In this document: positions 28,054 to 38,372 of the stretch, one piece after another
Position numbering within the stretch: the stretch's first letter is position 1
Layout of the letters: each line of letters begins with the position of its first letter
Position numbers and translations under genes: made by a program
From: Gammaproteobacteria bacterium
GTDB taxonomy: Bacteria > Pseudomonadota > Gammaproteobacteria > GCA-001735895
Direction of reading: 5' to 3'
Length of the DNA: 64,000 bases
Assembly (NCBI GenBank): GCA_050292965.1
Contig: JBNKMF010000008.1
Location: 7,337 to 71,336, forward strand
Notes under the pieces: model-generated
Told to the model about the DNA's origin: nothing
What the model saw: only the letters and a program-made list of their open reading frames with translations
Database searches by the model: none

Positions 28054-28527
28054 GTGTCAGCATCTAGTGACAATGAACGTCTCATAAAGAAATATCCGAA
28101 CCGTCGCCTATATGATACTCAGGATAGTCGTTATATCACCCTTGACGACACCAAGCAGATGGTCATTGACAACACGCCGTTTAAGGTTGTAGACCAGAAA
28201 ACTGGAGAAGATCTGACCCGTAGCATTTTGTTGCAAATCATCATGGAACAGGAAAACAATAACGAACCACTATTCAATAGCGATATTCTGTCCGAATTTA
28301 TCCGCAACAATAGTCAGACTAATCGAGATTATTTCTCCAGCTTTCTACAGGCCAGTATGCAGTTGTTTGCTGAACAACAGGGGACTCTGGTGAACCAGAT
28401 GGATAAGGTTTTCAAGAATTCTCCGATGGATTTCTGGATGAAAATGACCAGCCAAAACCTTGAGCAGTTAACAGAATTACAGAGCAAATTTTTCAATACA
28501 GGCTCTTCTAAAGATTCTAAAAAATAA
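28054..28527 (+). CDS. phaR: polyhydroxyalkanoate synthesis repressor PhaR
   Basis: 'IKKYPNRRLYDTQDSRYITLDD' is the hallmark PhaR N-terminus. GTG start. Confidence 0.9.
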   Translation: MSASSDNERLIKKYPNRRLYDTQDSRYITLDDTKQMVIDNTPFKVVDQKTGEDLTRSILLQIIMEQENNNEPLFNSDILSEFIRNNSQTNRDYFSSFLQASMQLFAEQQGTLVNQMDKVFKNSPMDFWMKMTSQNLEQLTELQSKFFNTGSSKDSKK

Positions 28528-28618
28528 ATTTTTCTTCCCGCATATCAAATAAGTCATTGAATTTATTACATATAATATAAATATATTTTTATATTAAAAA
28601 ATAAACCTCATTCCCCGC

Positions 28619-28676
28619 TTGACAATTTTCTGATCAGACATATTATTTGTGCAGTGCAACATTGTGCAGTGCACAA
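28619..28676 (+). promoter_or_regulatory. sigma70-type phasin promoter (TTGACA-16 nt-TATTAT) overlapped by two perfect 12-bp direct repeats ttgtgcagtgca (candidate PhaR operator)
   Basis: -35 at 28619-28624 and -10 at 28641-28646. Repeats at 28647-28658 and 28662-28673, flanked by inverted tatttgtgca / tgcacaaata. Confidence 0.6.
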
Positions 28677-28723
28677 ATAATGCAAATTTAATTGACCTCT
28701 TAACTTAAGCTCGGAGAAATGCC

Positions 28724-29122
28724 ATGACTAACCCTACAGTTGAATTATTTTACGAATACAACACGAAAGCCATGGAAGCTATGCGTGCTTTCGGTGACCT
28801 GAACGTTGCTACCGCCCAGTCTTTCATCAACAAGCAAGTTGAACTGACTAATACAATCGTTGAAGCCTCGCTAGTTACCAGTAAAGAACTTGCTTCTGCT
28901 AAAACTCCTGTTGATGTAATGCAGACTTCTAGCGCTTTGATGCAAACTGTATCTGACAGCGTAACAGGTTTTGTTAAAGAGTCAGCTGCTGACGCAGTTA
29001 AAACTCGTGACGAACTGAAAGTTGCTATCGATGACGCAGTTAAACTGAATAGCGAATTTGCGACAAAAGCTTTCGATAGCGGTGTAGAAGTTGTTAAGAA
29101 AACTGCTAAAAAAGCTGCTTAA
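28724..29122 (+). CDS. phaP: phasin family protein
   Basis: 132-aa Ala-rich amphipathic helical protein with 'FGDLNVATAQSFINKQVEL', located between phaR and phaB. Confidence 0.85.
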   Translation: MTNPTVELFYEYNTKAMEAMRAFGDLNVATAQSFINKQVELTNTIVEASLVTSKELASAKTPVDVMQTSSALMQTVSDSVTGFVKESAADAVKTRDELKVAIDDAVKLNSEFATKAFDSGVEVVKKTAKKAA

Positions 29123-29302
29123 TTACTGACTGTTTTATCAGATCTAACGATCTGCCAGAGTATTTATTGCTGTGCTGTCAGATTTAACATGACTTTGTCC
29201 CATGTTGAAAACACCAACAAGAATGTTTTCTGCGCTGAAATTTAAACATCAAAATTCAACGCAACTCTGAAGCAAATAAGATTAAGGTTTAATGAGGTTT
29301 AT

Positions 29303-30049
29303 ATGTCAAAGAAAGTTGCATTAGTCACTGGCGGTACCGGCGGAATCGGAACAGCAATCTGCGAAGCCCTGGCATCAAGCGGTCACAGTGTTGTAGCCAA
29401 CTATTTCCCTGCAGATAAAGAAGCAGCTGAAAGCTGGTTAGCCGAGATGCAAAACAGAAATGCAGATGTACATATTGCCCCTGCAGATGTTACCAGCTAT
29501 GAAGAATGCGGAGAAATGGTTCAGTATATTGAAGCTAGTGTTGGACCTATCGATGTACTGGTGAACTGTGCCGGCATCACTCGCGACAAAACCTTAAAGC
29601 GTATGACTCCTGATCAATGGACAGATGTCATCAACACCAATCTGAACAGTGCTTTCAACGTAACCCAGCATGTAGTAACCGGTATGACCGAGCGTGGCTT
29701 TGGTCGCATCATCAATATTTCATCGGTGAATGGCCAGAAAGGTCAATTTGGTCAGGCAAACTACTCAGCTGCGAAAGCTGGCTTACACGGTTTCACCATG
29801 TCAGTAGCTCAGGAAACAGCATCTAAAGGCGTCACGGTAAATACCGTCTCTCCTGGATACATTGAAACATCTATGACCAGCGCCATGCCCGACGAAGTAC
29901 TTCAATCTATCGTCAGTGCTGTTCCCGTAGGACGTATGGGCAAACCAGAAGAAATCGCAAATACCGTTGCCTGGCTGGCTGATGCTCAAAACGCCTACAC
30001 TACCGGTGCCAATATCCCGGTTAATGGCGGCATGTTTATGTCTGCCTAA
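29303..30049 (+). CDS. phaB: acetoacetyl-CoA reductase (SDR)
   Basis: 'VTGGTGGIGTAI', 'NISSVNG', 'YSAAKAG', 248 aa. Confidence 0.9.
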   Translation: MSKKVALVTGGTGGIGTAICEALASSGHSVVANYFPADKEAAESWLAEMQNRNADVHIAPADVTSYEECGEMVQYIEASVGPIDVLVNCAGITRDKTLKRMTPDQWTDVINTNLNSAFNVTQHVVTGMTERGFGRIINISSVNGQKGQFGQANYSAAKAGLHGFTMSVAQETASKGVTVNTVSPGYIETSMTSAMPDEVLQSIVSAVPVGRMGKPEEIANTVAWLADAQNAYTTGANIPVNGGMFMSA

Positions 30050-30055
30050 GGCATA

Positions 30056-30079
30056 AACCTGAAACTACGGATTCAGGTT
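30056..30079. repeat. REP-like hairpin aacctgaa-actacgga-ttcaggtt carrying the shared 18-mer
   Basis: Contains cctgaaactacggattca (30058-30075), identical to 2882-2899. Confidence 0.65.
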
Positions 30080-30122
30080 AAAGGCTAAAGAATCTCGACA
30101 TTTGACCTCCTCAATGTCCGTT

Positions 30123-30148
30123 GCGCCTCAATATTGAGGCGCCTTTTT
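30123..30148 (+). terminator. intrinsic terminator after phaB
   Basis: gcgcctc-aatatt-gaggcgc followed by cttttt. Confidence 0.8.
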
Positions 30149-30327
30149 ACAACAGATGGCCTCGTCATATTACGAGGTCATCGACAAGATCTAAGGGTTG
30201 CACGGGTTTAAAAACCAAATATTGTGACATTTAATACTAAGTATTTGATCACAAGCTGATATGCTATTAATCAGCGTCAAAATAACAATAATAAAAATTA
30301 AGTAATCACTCATGAGAGGTTTTAAAG

Positions 30328-31269
30328 ATGAGCATATCGCCACCTTGTTATAAACAGAATCGTCTGAAGCAGCTCCGCGCTTTTTGTAAAGCCGTCGAAA
30401 CCAAGAGCATCTCAAAAGCAGGTGAAGAGTTATTCCTCTCACAGCCGACTGTATCACTACAGATACGCGCACTGGAGCGAGAGCTCTGTGTTCAGGTATT
30501 TGAACGTCGTGGACCCGTTATTAATCTGACTCCCGATGGACAAATACTCTACGAACTCTCCAAACCCTTAATCAGTGGTATCGATAATCTTTCGCAAAAT
30601 TTTAATAGCTTAGCCGGACGTATGGAATCGGGTGAGCTGCACATTACTGCAGGGCAGACCGCCTGTATGTACCTGCTACCCAAATACATCAGCAAATTCA
30701 GAGAAGAATACCCCAGTATTCACGTCAAATTATCCAACAATACCGGCAAGGAAGGTCGCGCACTACTCAAGTCCGATAGCGTCGATTTCGCCGTAGGTAC
30801 CATGGCTGATAACAGTGACGATATGGTTTTTGAACCATTACACGACTTTGAGCCGGTTTTGATCACACCGGTTGATCACCCGCTGGCTAGTAAAAATGAT
30901 ATCACGCTAGAAGATATCTCTCCTTACGGCTTGATCTTGCCACCACGCGAATTATCTACCTGGCGTAAGGTAGACAAAATATTTAACGAAAATAATGCTT
31001 CTTACAAGGTATCGATGGAAGTCGGTGGCTGGGAAGTGATAAAAACCTATGTCGAAGAAGGCATGGGTATTTCTATTGTTAGCTGCCTGTCATTAACCGG
31101 CAAGGAAAACCTGAAAGCCTTCTCGCTTGCCAAATACTTTCCAAAACAAGTGTATGGTGCAGTCATTCGCAAGGGAAAATTCCTCACCCCACAGGCACGT
31201 GGATTTCTTCAAATACTCTCTACTGACTTATTTGATGATTCCTGCAATAAGAAGATCGTTAACGCATAA
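30328..31269 (+). CDS. LysR-family transcriptional regulator
   Basis: N-terminal wHTH 'LRAFCKAVETKSISKAGEELFLSQPTVSLQIRALEREL' plus a substrate-binding domain. Confidence 0.9.
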   Translation: MSISPPCYKQNRLKQLRAFCKAVETKSISKAGEELFLSQPTVSLQIRALERELCVQVFERRGPVINLTPDGQILYELSKPLISGIDNLSQNFNSLAGRMESGELHITAGQTACMYLLPKYISKFREEYPSIHVKLSNNTGKEGRALLKSDSVDFAVGTMADNSDDMVFEPLHDFEPVLITPVDHPLASKNDITLEDISPYGLILPPRELSTWRKVDKIFNENNASYKVSMEVGGWEVIKTYVEEGMGISIVSCLSLTGKENLKAFSLAKYFPKQVYGAVIRKGKFLTPQARGFLQILSTDLFDDSCNKKIVNA

Positions 31270-31270
31270 T

Positions 31271-31560
31271 CCTGGAATCCGCAGTTGGACGAGTTGTAGA
31301 GCGTTTGAGGTCGCATAGATCAAGGCGTGACGACGCGGACATACGTCGTAGCAGACGTGCAATTCAGCTCTTAGCGGGATTCACCTGTCTGGTTTTCAGC
31401 ATGGATGCTGTTATTTCGCAAATGCATGGACGACTATATGGACGTAGGAGGTACAACCGAGGCATAGGATCCATAGGAGCGTAAAAAGATAAATCGATGG
31501 TAATAGTCTACGAAACAGTAGCTTACCCTCTAACGCGAGCAGTCAACTGCGGACTCCAGG
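31271..31560. mobile_element. 290-bp MITE candidate: 17-bp terminal inverted repeats (16/17) and 5-bp ATAAT direct flanks
   Basis: Left cctggaatccgcagttg (31271-31287); right caactgcggactccagg (31544-31560). ATAAT at 31266-31270 and 31561-31565. No ORF inside. Confidence 0.6.
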
Positions 31561-31779
31561 ATAATAACACCTTAACCCCTGAATAACTCAATAGACTGCA
31601 TTGATGTAGACGAGTTATTCACTAAACATGAATTCATTAAACTGGGCGGTTCGATAATTCCGATCTGCCCAGATTACCAAAATTGTGTTTAAACCGGCAT
31701 TTCGCTATATTGCATCGCCATTTAAATAAACTATATGCGCTAACAATAGCGCTAGCTAACATATAACAAGAGGTTCTCC

Positions 31780-34383
31780 ATGCTCGAAGCCTATCGTAAA
31801 CACGTCGAAGAACGCGCCCAACAAGGTATTCCACCTTTACCATTGAATGCTGAACAGGTCGCTGACCTGGTTGACTTATTAAAAAACCCACCGGCTGGTG
31901 AAGAAGAAACACTGGTCGACTTACTCACTAATCGCGTTCCCCCTGGCGTAGACGAAGCGGCTTATGTAAAGGCAGGTTTCCTGTCTGCTGTAGCCAAGGG
32001 TGAAGCCCAATCTCCACTGATCAGCTCATCACAGGCTGTTGAATTACTCGGTACCATGATGGGTGGTTACAATATCGTTTCCATGATCGAATTACTCGAC
32101 GATGCTGAGCTGGGTGAACTGGCGGCTGAACAACTTAAGTACACCTTATTAATGTTCGATGCATTCCACGATGTCGCTGATAAAGCAAAAGCGGGTAATG
32201 CAAATGCGCAGGCAGTTTTACAATCCTGGGCCGATGCCGAATGGTTTACTCGCAAAGATAAGGTTGCCGAAGAAATCAAACTTCGCGTATTTAAGGTAAC
32301 CGGTGAAACCAATACCGATGACCTGTCTCCAGCGCAGGATGCCTGGTCTCGTCCTGACATCCCATTACATGCACTGGCCATGCTGAAAAATGCGCGCGAT
32401 GGCATTGAACCCGATGATGCGGGCAAGCTCGGGCCTGTCAAATTGATCCAGTCTATGGAGCAACAGGGTATCCCACTGGCTTACGTCGGTGATGTAGTAG
32501 GTACTGGTTCTTCACGTAAATCAGCCACCAACTCGGTGCTGTGGTACATGGGCCATGATATCCCTTACGTACCCAACAAGCGCCAGGGCGGTGTGGTTCT
32601 GGGCAGCAAGATCGCTCCTATCTTCTTTAACACGGTTGAAGATTCCGGTGCTCTCCCTATCGAATGCCCGGTAGATAATATGAATATGGGCGACGTGATT
32701 ACCCTAAAGCCTTATGAGGGCAAGGTGTATAACGAAGCAGGTGAAGTGATCTCAGAATTTGAACTGAAAACCGATGTTATTCTGGATGAGGTTCAGGCGG
32801 GTGGTCGTATCCCACTGATCATTGGACGATCATTAACCGAAAAAGCACGTGAAGCACTGGGTCTAGGAGCCAGCGACATTTTCCGCCGCCCGGTTGATCC
32901 AGCCGATAGCGGCAAGGGTTACACGCTGGCGCAGAAAATGGTGGGTAAAGCCTGTGGTGTGGAAGGCGTGCGTGCTGGTACCTACTGCGAACCTCGTATG
33001 AGCACGGTCGGTTCTCAGGATACCACTGGCCCAATGACCCGTGATGAGCTGAAAGAACTTGCCTGTCTAGGGTTCTCTGCGGACCTGGTAATGCAGTCTT
33101 TCTGTCATACAGCCGCTTACCCCAAGCCGGTTGATATCAATACCCAGCACTCATTACCTGATTTTATCAAGACCCGTGGCGGTGTTTCATTACGCCCTGG
33201 TGATGGTGTTATCCACTCCTGGCTTAACCGCATGCTACTACCTGACCAGGTTGGTACCGGCGGCGATTCGCACACCCGTTTCCCATTAGGAATTTCCTTC
33301 CCGGCCGGTTCTGGTCTGGTTGCATTCGGTGCCGCACTGGGCGTTATTCCGCTTGATATGCCGGAATCGGTACATGTTAAATTCACTGGTGAAATGCAAC
33401 CCGGTATCACCCTGCGTGATCTGGTCAATGCGATTCCTTACGAAGCGCTCAAGCGTGGATTACTAACCGTAGAAAAGAAAGGCAAGAAAAATGTCTATAA
33501 CGGTCGTATTCTGGAGATATCCGGACTACCTGATCTGACTGTTGAGCAGGCTTTTGAATTATCTGATGCATCAGCAGAGCGTAGTGCCGGTGGTTGTACC
33601 ATTGAGCTCTCTGAAGAGTCTGTAGCTGAATACCTGCGCTCTAATATCGTAATGCTACGCTGGATGATCGACAATGGATATGACGATGCCCGTACACTGG
33701 AACGTCGTGCCCGTGCGATGGAAGCCTGGCTGGAAAACCCCAGCCTGATGCGTGCAGATGACAATGCCGAGTACGCCGAAGTGATTGAAATTAACATGAG
33801 CGAAATCACCGAACCTCTACTGGCCTGCCCGAATGATCCAGATGATGTTAAGCCATTATCAGAGATCTCTGGTGCCAAAATCGATGAAGTCTTTATCGGT
33901 TCCTGTATGACCAATATCGGCCATTTCCGCGCGGCAGCTAAACTGCTGGAAGCTTCCGGTGGCGTTATCCCAACTCGTCTGTGGATTGCACCTCCTACCA
34001 AGATGGATGAGCAGCAATTGATGGACGAGGGTATATACAATATCTTTGCCACATCCGGTGCACGTACTGAAATGCCCGGCTGTTCATTATGCATGGGCAA
34101 TCAGGCTCGAATTGCAGCAAATTCAACTGCGGTTTCTACCTCAACACGTAATTTCCCGAATCGACTGGGACAGGGCGCAGACGTTTACCTGGCCTCTGCT
34201 GAACTGGCCGCGATTACTGCCATACTCGGAAAATTACCCACAGTTGAAGAATACATGCAATATGCTGGCAAGCTAGACAGCATGTCTGCTGAGATCTACA
34301 GGTATCTGAACTTCGATAAGATGCCTAATTTTATTGAATCAGCAGATCGTGGTAAAAGTGTTGGTGTTGAGATGAATTTCTAA
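31780..34383 (+). CDS. acnB: aconitate hydratase B (bifunctional aconitase 2 / 2-methylisocitrate dehydratase)
   Basis: 867 aa. The N-terminus '[22 protein letters not shown]' and overall collinearity with AcnB. Confidence 0.95.
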   Translation: MLEAYRKHVEERAQQGIPPLPLNAEQVADLVDLLKNPPAGEEETLVDLLTNRVPPGVDEAAYVKAGFLSAVAKGEAQSPLISSSQAVELLGTMMGGYNIVSMIELLDDAELGELAAEQLKYTLLMFDAFHDVADKAKAGNANAQAVLQSWADAEWFTRKDKVAEEIKLRVFKVTGETNTDDLSPAQDAWSRPDIPLHALAMLKNARDGIEPDDAGKLGPVKLIQSMEQQGIPLAYVGDVVGTGSSRKSATNSVLWYMGHDIPYVPNKRQGGVVLGSKIAPIFFNTVEDSGALPIECPVDNMNMGDVITLKPYEGKVYNEAGEVISEFELKTDVILDEVQAGGRIPLIIGRSLTEKAREALGLGASDIFRRPVDPADSGKGYTLAQKMVGKACGVEGVRAGTYCEPRMSTVGSQDTTGPMTRDELKELACLGFSADLVMQSFCHTAAYPKPVDINTQHSLPDFIKTRGGVSLRPGDGVIHSWLNRMLLPDQVGTGGDSHTRFPLGISFPAGSGLVAFGAALGVIPLDMPESVHVKFTGEMQPGITLRDLVNAIPYEALKRGLLTVEKKGKKNVYNGRILEISGLPDLTVEQAFELSDASAERSAGGCTIELSEESVAEYLRSNIVMLRWMIDNGYDDARTLERRARAMEAWLENPSLMRADDNAEYAEVIEINMSEITEPLLACPNDPDDVKPLSEISGAKIDEVFIGSCMTNIGHFRAAAKLLEASGGVIPTRLWIAPPTKMDEQQLMDEGIYNIFATSGARTEMPGCSLCMGNQARIAANSTAVSTSTRNFPNRLGQGADVYLASAELAAITAILGKLPTVEEYMQYAGKLDSMSAEIYRYLNFDKMPNFIESADRGKSVGVEMNF

Positions 34384-34400
34384 ATCATCAACAACCATTT

Positions 34401-34432
34401 AAAAAAAGCCGGAATTTTTCCGGCTTTTTTTT
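34401..34432 (+). terminator. intrinsic terminator after acnB (A-run / stem / T-run, potentially bidirectional)
   Basis: aaaaaaagccgg-aattttt-ccggctttttttt. Confidence 0.85.
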
Positions 34433-34471
34433 GTCTTGATAAAGAGGCTTTTTTTAACAATAGGGATCTGG

Positions 34472-35125
34472 ATGCAACAATCACTCAGAAAAATCATACG
34501 CGAAAATCGTTCTTTTATCATATTCATGCTATTGATGTTTGTATTTCGCAGCGTAGTTGCTGACTGGAATAGTGTACCCACCGGGTCCATGAAGCCAACT
34601 ATAGTGGAAGGTGATCGCATTCTAGTAAACAAAATGGCCTATGATCTACGCGTCCCTTTCACCCACATCTCACTTCTGCAGCTTGCTGATCCTCAACAAG
34701 GCGATATCATCATCTTCGATTCAAAGGCCTCCGATAAGCGACTGGTAAAACGCGTGATTGGCGTACCTGGCGATACCATCAGTATGCTGAATAACCGCCT
34801 GAGCATTAATGGCAAACCACTGCCTTACCACATCAAGCGCAGCAACCCGGAAATGATCAATATCGTTGAAAACCTGAATGGCCTTAATCATGACATTCAG
34901 GTTCATTTAAAGGCTAATCCTCGATACAGCAGCTTCGGACCCGTTAGCGTACCTGAAAACTTTTATCTGGTATTAGGAGATAACCGCGACCACAGCGCTG
35001 ATTCTCGCGTCATCGGCCTGGTACCCAGGGCCGAAATTGTCGGGCGTTCGCGCGAAGTGATTATGTCTTTAAACTACGACAATTATTATCTCCCTCGAAC
35101 AGAAAGGTTCTTTAAAAATCTTTGA
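34472..35125 (+). CDS. lepB: signal peptidase I
   Basis: 'GSMKPTI', 'KRVIGVPGD', 'GDNRDHSADSR'. ATG at 34472 is preferred over the TTG at 34436, which lies in the terminator T-run. Confidence 0.9.
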   Translation: MQQSLRKIIRENRSFIIFMLLMFVFRSVVADWNSVPTGSMKPTIVEGDRILVNKMAYDLRVPFTHISLLQLADPQQGDIIIFDSKASDKRLVKRVIGVPGDTISMLNNRLSINGKPLPYHIKRSNPEMINIVENLNGLNHDIQVHLKANPRYSSFGPVSVPENFYLVLGDNRDHSADSRVIGLVPRAEIVGRSREVIMSLNYDNYYLPRTERFFKNL

Positions 35126-35171
35126 TCGGCTACTATCCGGTGACTTACTCAATTAACGTCACTCATCAAAT

Positions 35172-36179
35172 ATGATCTCCCGTGAAAAGCTGCAACAGGC
35201 TGTTGAAAACAATTTAATCCAGGCTCAACAGCTGGAGCCACTGTATGAATTTTTAACACAGGATAAGCAGGAAATTTCTTCTGCAGTTGAAACCAGAGAA
35301 GAGCCTTTAAAGTTTATTCGGAGTTTCGGCGATATCTTTATTACGCTAGGAATTGTTCTACTGGTGCTCGCCAGCCATCAAATCAATATCAGCGGTTATT
35401 ATTATCTGATACCCGCTGCCGGGTTTATTGTTCTGGCTGAGTGGCTGGTACGAGTAAGAAAGTTAGCGCTACCAGGCATTGCGATTCTTATAGCCATCCT
35501 TTATTTCGTCAATAAAGCCATAGCATTTAATCACAGCGAGGCAACCACCTTCGGCCTTGGCGTATTAAGCGCAACCAGCCTTCTATTCTATCTTCGCTAC
35601 CGCATGCCTTTTAGTCTATTACCGCTGGTGGCCGGGTTACTGGCGATCATTATGCTTCAACTTGGCATGGATCTTCTTGAAAAACCCTGGGTATTTATCC
35701 TGCTCGGCCTGATAGTATTTACTATCGCCATGGGTTTTGATATTCAGGATACTGCCAGAAAGTCACACTTAAGTGACAGTGCTTTCTGGCTGCATTTACT
35801 GGCAGCGCCACTACTTGTGCACGGCTCCATGGTGACCCTGCTAATCAATGACCCAAGCTGGTTACAGTCGATTAATAAAGAAATCATTATGATAATATTC
35901 TTCGCAGCATTCTTTCTTATCGCATTACTTCTGGATCGAAGAGCGCTACTGATCTCAACCCAGATCTATGTCATCTATGCGTTGACTCAGTTGCTGCAAA
36001 ACCATATTAATAATACTCAAAATGTATTGATGTACATCCTGATGGGGCTGGGACTATTCGTCATCTTTTTTGGCACCTACTGGTATAAAACACGCTGTTT
36101 GATTTTTGGTTTCCTGCGACATTATTCCATTAGTCGCTACATACCTGATTTAACTGCCGATAATTTGAAGGCAGGTTAG
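35172..36179 (+). CDS. hypothetical polytopic membrane protein
   Basis: 335 aa: a soluble ~45-aa head followed by about 8 hydrophobic segments. No family recognised with confidence. Confidence 0.55.
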   Translation: MISREKLQQAVENNLIQAQQLEPLYEFLTQDKQEISSAVETREEPLKFIRSFGDIFITLGIVLLVLASHQINISGYYYLIPAAGFIVLAEWLVRVRKLALPGIAILIAILYFVNKAIAFNHSEATTFGLGVLSATSLLFYLRYRMPFSLLPLVAGLLAIIMLQLGMDLLEKPWVFILLGLIVFTIAMGFDIQDTARKSHLSDSAFWLHLLAAPLLVHGSMVTLLINDPSWLQSINKEIIMIIFFAAFFLIALLLDRRALLISTQIYVIYALTQLLQNHINNTQNVLMYILMGLGLFVIFFGTYWYKTRCLIFGFLRHYSISRYIPDLTADNLKAG

Positions 36180-36368
36180 TCTCTCGTTCTCCAGTATAAT
36201 TACGATATCCTTAAAATGTTAAATCGACTGTAATGGTCGACGAAAACCAGGGTTATCCTATAATAGCGGTGTGCTGAGGAATCCGGGATAATAGCATTTA
36301 TCACTAATATAGAGCAGTAATTGACGAAATCTGCTATACTCCGCACCCATTCTTTACAGTACCTCCTG

Positions 36369-38282
36369 ATGACCGAACTTAGCACCCCCTCCTTTGCGGA
36401 TTTAAACCTCCCTGCAACCGTTTTAAAAGCAATTTCACGACAGGGTTATGAAACCCCATCACCCATCCAGGCTGAGTGTATACCCCTGCTGTTAGAGGGT
36501 CGAGATATCATCGGTCAGGCACAGACTGGAACCGGTAAAACAGCAGCGTTTGCATTGCCTTTGCTTAGCCAGGTAGATGTGTCGTTGATGAATCCCCAGA
36601 TACTGGTACTGGCGCCTACGCGAGAACTGGCTATCCAGGTTGCAGAAGCTTTTCAGGCATATGCATCCGACATCAAGGAGTTTCATGTATTACCAATCTA
36701 TGGCGGTCAATCTTACGACATACAGTTACGCCAGCTAAAACGTGGTGTTCATGTAGTGGTAGGTACTCCAGGTCGAGTGATGGATCATATCAACCGAAAA
36801 ACCCTCAAGCTGGATAGCCTGCAGGCGATGGTGCTGGATGAAGCAGATGAAATGCTGCGCATGGGCTTTATCGATGACGTGGAATGGATTCTGGCCAAAA
36901 CCCCTGAAGTGAAACAGGTGGCATTATTTTCTGCGACCATGCCGGCAGTGATTCAGAAAGTAGCGAATAAATATCTGAAAAATCCTGCGCTTGTTAAAAT
37001 CAAGGATAAAACCCAGACAGCTAAAACCATTACCCAGCATTATGTTGAGGTAAATAATCGTGCCAAACTCGATGCCCTGACCAGAATTCTGGAAAGCACA
37101 GACTTTGAAGCAGTACTTATCTTTGTGCGTACCAAAAACTCAACGGTAGAGCTGGCTGAGAAATTGGAAGCACGTGGATTCGCCAGTGAAGCATTAAACG
37201 GTGATATTGCGCAAAAAATGCGTGAAAGAACAGTTGATAGATTAAAGAAAGCAAAAATCGATATCGTCATAGCTACCGATGTAGCTGCTCGTGGTCTGGA
37301 TGTTGACCGCATTAGCCATGTCATCAACTATGATATTCCATACGACGCCGAATCATATGTTCATCGAATCGGTAGAACAGGACGCGCAGGTCGTAGCGGT
37401 GAAGCGATACTATTTGTAACTAACAAAGAACGTCGTCTGTTAGGCAGTATCGAAAAGATGACGCAGCAGAAAATTAAGCCATTGAAACTCCCTAGTACAG
37501 AGGATGTTAATCTTCAGCGTATTCAAAAATTTAAGAATCGTATTCAGGAAACCATCGATGCTTCGGATCTGTCAGTATGCCACGAACTGGTGAGCTCTTT
37601 TGCACAGGATAACGACATTGATCCGTTAGTTATCGGAGCAGCTCTGGTGAAAATGGTACAGGGTGATGAGCCGCTACTGTTAAGTGATCGACCAGAGCGT
37701 AGTCGACGCGAGGAAAGATCCAGCGGGGAAGGGCGTGGACGCGAAAGAAACAGCAGTCGTGAAAGTCGTTTCGCAGGAAAACGTGAGTCTGGCGATGATG
37801 AAAGGCGCCCGCCAAAAGAAATCGTAGCATATGCCCGTCCTCTGAAAGATTTTCCGGAAATTGAAATGCGACGTTATCGACTGGATGTCGGTTATCAAAA
37901 TGATGCAAAGCCAGGCAATATCGTCGGTGCCATTGCCAACGAAGCAGAAATGGACAGCTGCTATATTGGCAATATCGATATCTATGAAGAGTTTACTCTG
38001 ATTGATTTACCCGATGGCATGCCGGGCGAAGTATTCAAAATCCTGAAAAAAGCACGTGTCGCAGGTCGCCCCTTAAATATCCAGGCATATAAAGAGGGTG
38101 GTAAAAAAGCTAGTGCACGGAAACCTGATGGTGGACATGAGACTCCTCGCAGATCCAGTAAGCCCGCCAGTCGTAAACCTTCTGATCGTGCGCCAGGTGC
38201 TGCAAAGGCCAAGCCCAAACATGGCAAGCGTAAAGGCAAAAGACCTGCCGTTGCACTGAGAAAAAAACAGGCTCAGGAATAA
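36369..38282 (+). CDS. deaD: DEAD-box ATP-dependent RNA helicase DeaD/CsdA
   Basis: 'AQTGTGKT', 'VLDEADEML', 'SAT', 'HRIGRTGRAG', and a basic C-terminal tail. Start taken at ATG 36369 (MTELSTPSFADL). Confidence 0.9.
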   Translation: MTELSTPSFADLNLPATVLKAISRQGYETPSPIQAECIPLLLEGRDIIGQAQTGTGKTAAFALPLLSQVDVSLMNPQILVLAPTRELAIQVAEAFQAYASDIKEFHVLPIYGGQSYDIQLRQLKRGVHVVVGTPGRVMDHINRKTLKLDSLQAMVLDEADEMLRMGFIDDVEWILAKTPEVKQVALFSATMPAVIQKVANKYLKNPALVKIKDKTQTAKTITQHYVEVNNRAKLDALTRILESTDFEAVLIFVRTKNSTVELAEKLEARGFASEALNGDIAQKMRERTVDRLKKAKIDIVIATDVAARGLDVDRISHVINYDIPYDAESYVHRIGRTGRAGRSGEAILFVTNKERRLLGSIEKMTQQKIKPLKLPSTEDVNLQRIQKFKNRIQETIDASDLSVCHELVSSFAQDNDIDPLVIGAALVKMVQGDEPLLLSDRPERSRREERSSGEGRGRERNSSRESRFAGKRESGDDERRPPKEIVAYARPLKDFPEIEMRRYRLDVGYQNDAKPGNIVGAIANEAEMDSCYIGNIDIYEEFTLIDLPDGMPGEVFKILKKARVAGRPLNIQAYKEGGKKASARKPDGGHETPRRSSKPASRKPSDRAPGAAKAKPKHGKRKGKRPAVALRKKQAQE

Positions 38283-38372
38283 ACAACGGCAGTTCAGAGT
38301 AATTGCTCACTGCCTTGCTGAAAGAAAAAATGATCTCCAGCAATGGTGTAATCCAGTTAGTTTTAACAGGCC

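Noticed and set aside
30191-30472. 93-aa minus-strand ORF overlapping the LysR gene start.
   Set aside because: It is antisense to the well-supported wHTH-encoding 5' end of the LysR gene, and no family is recognised.
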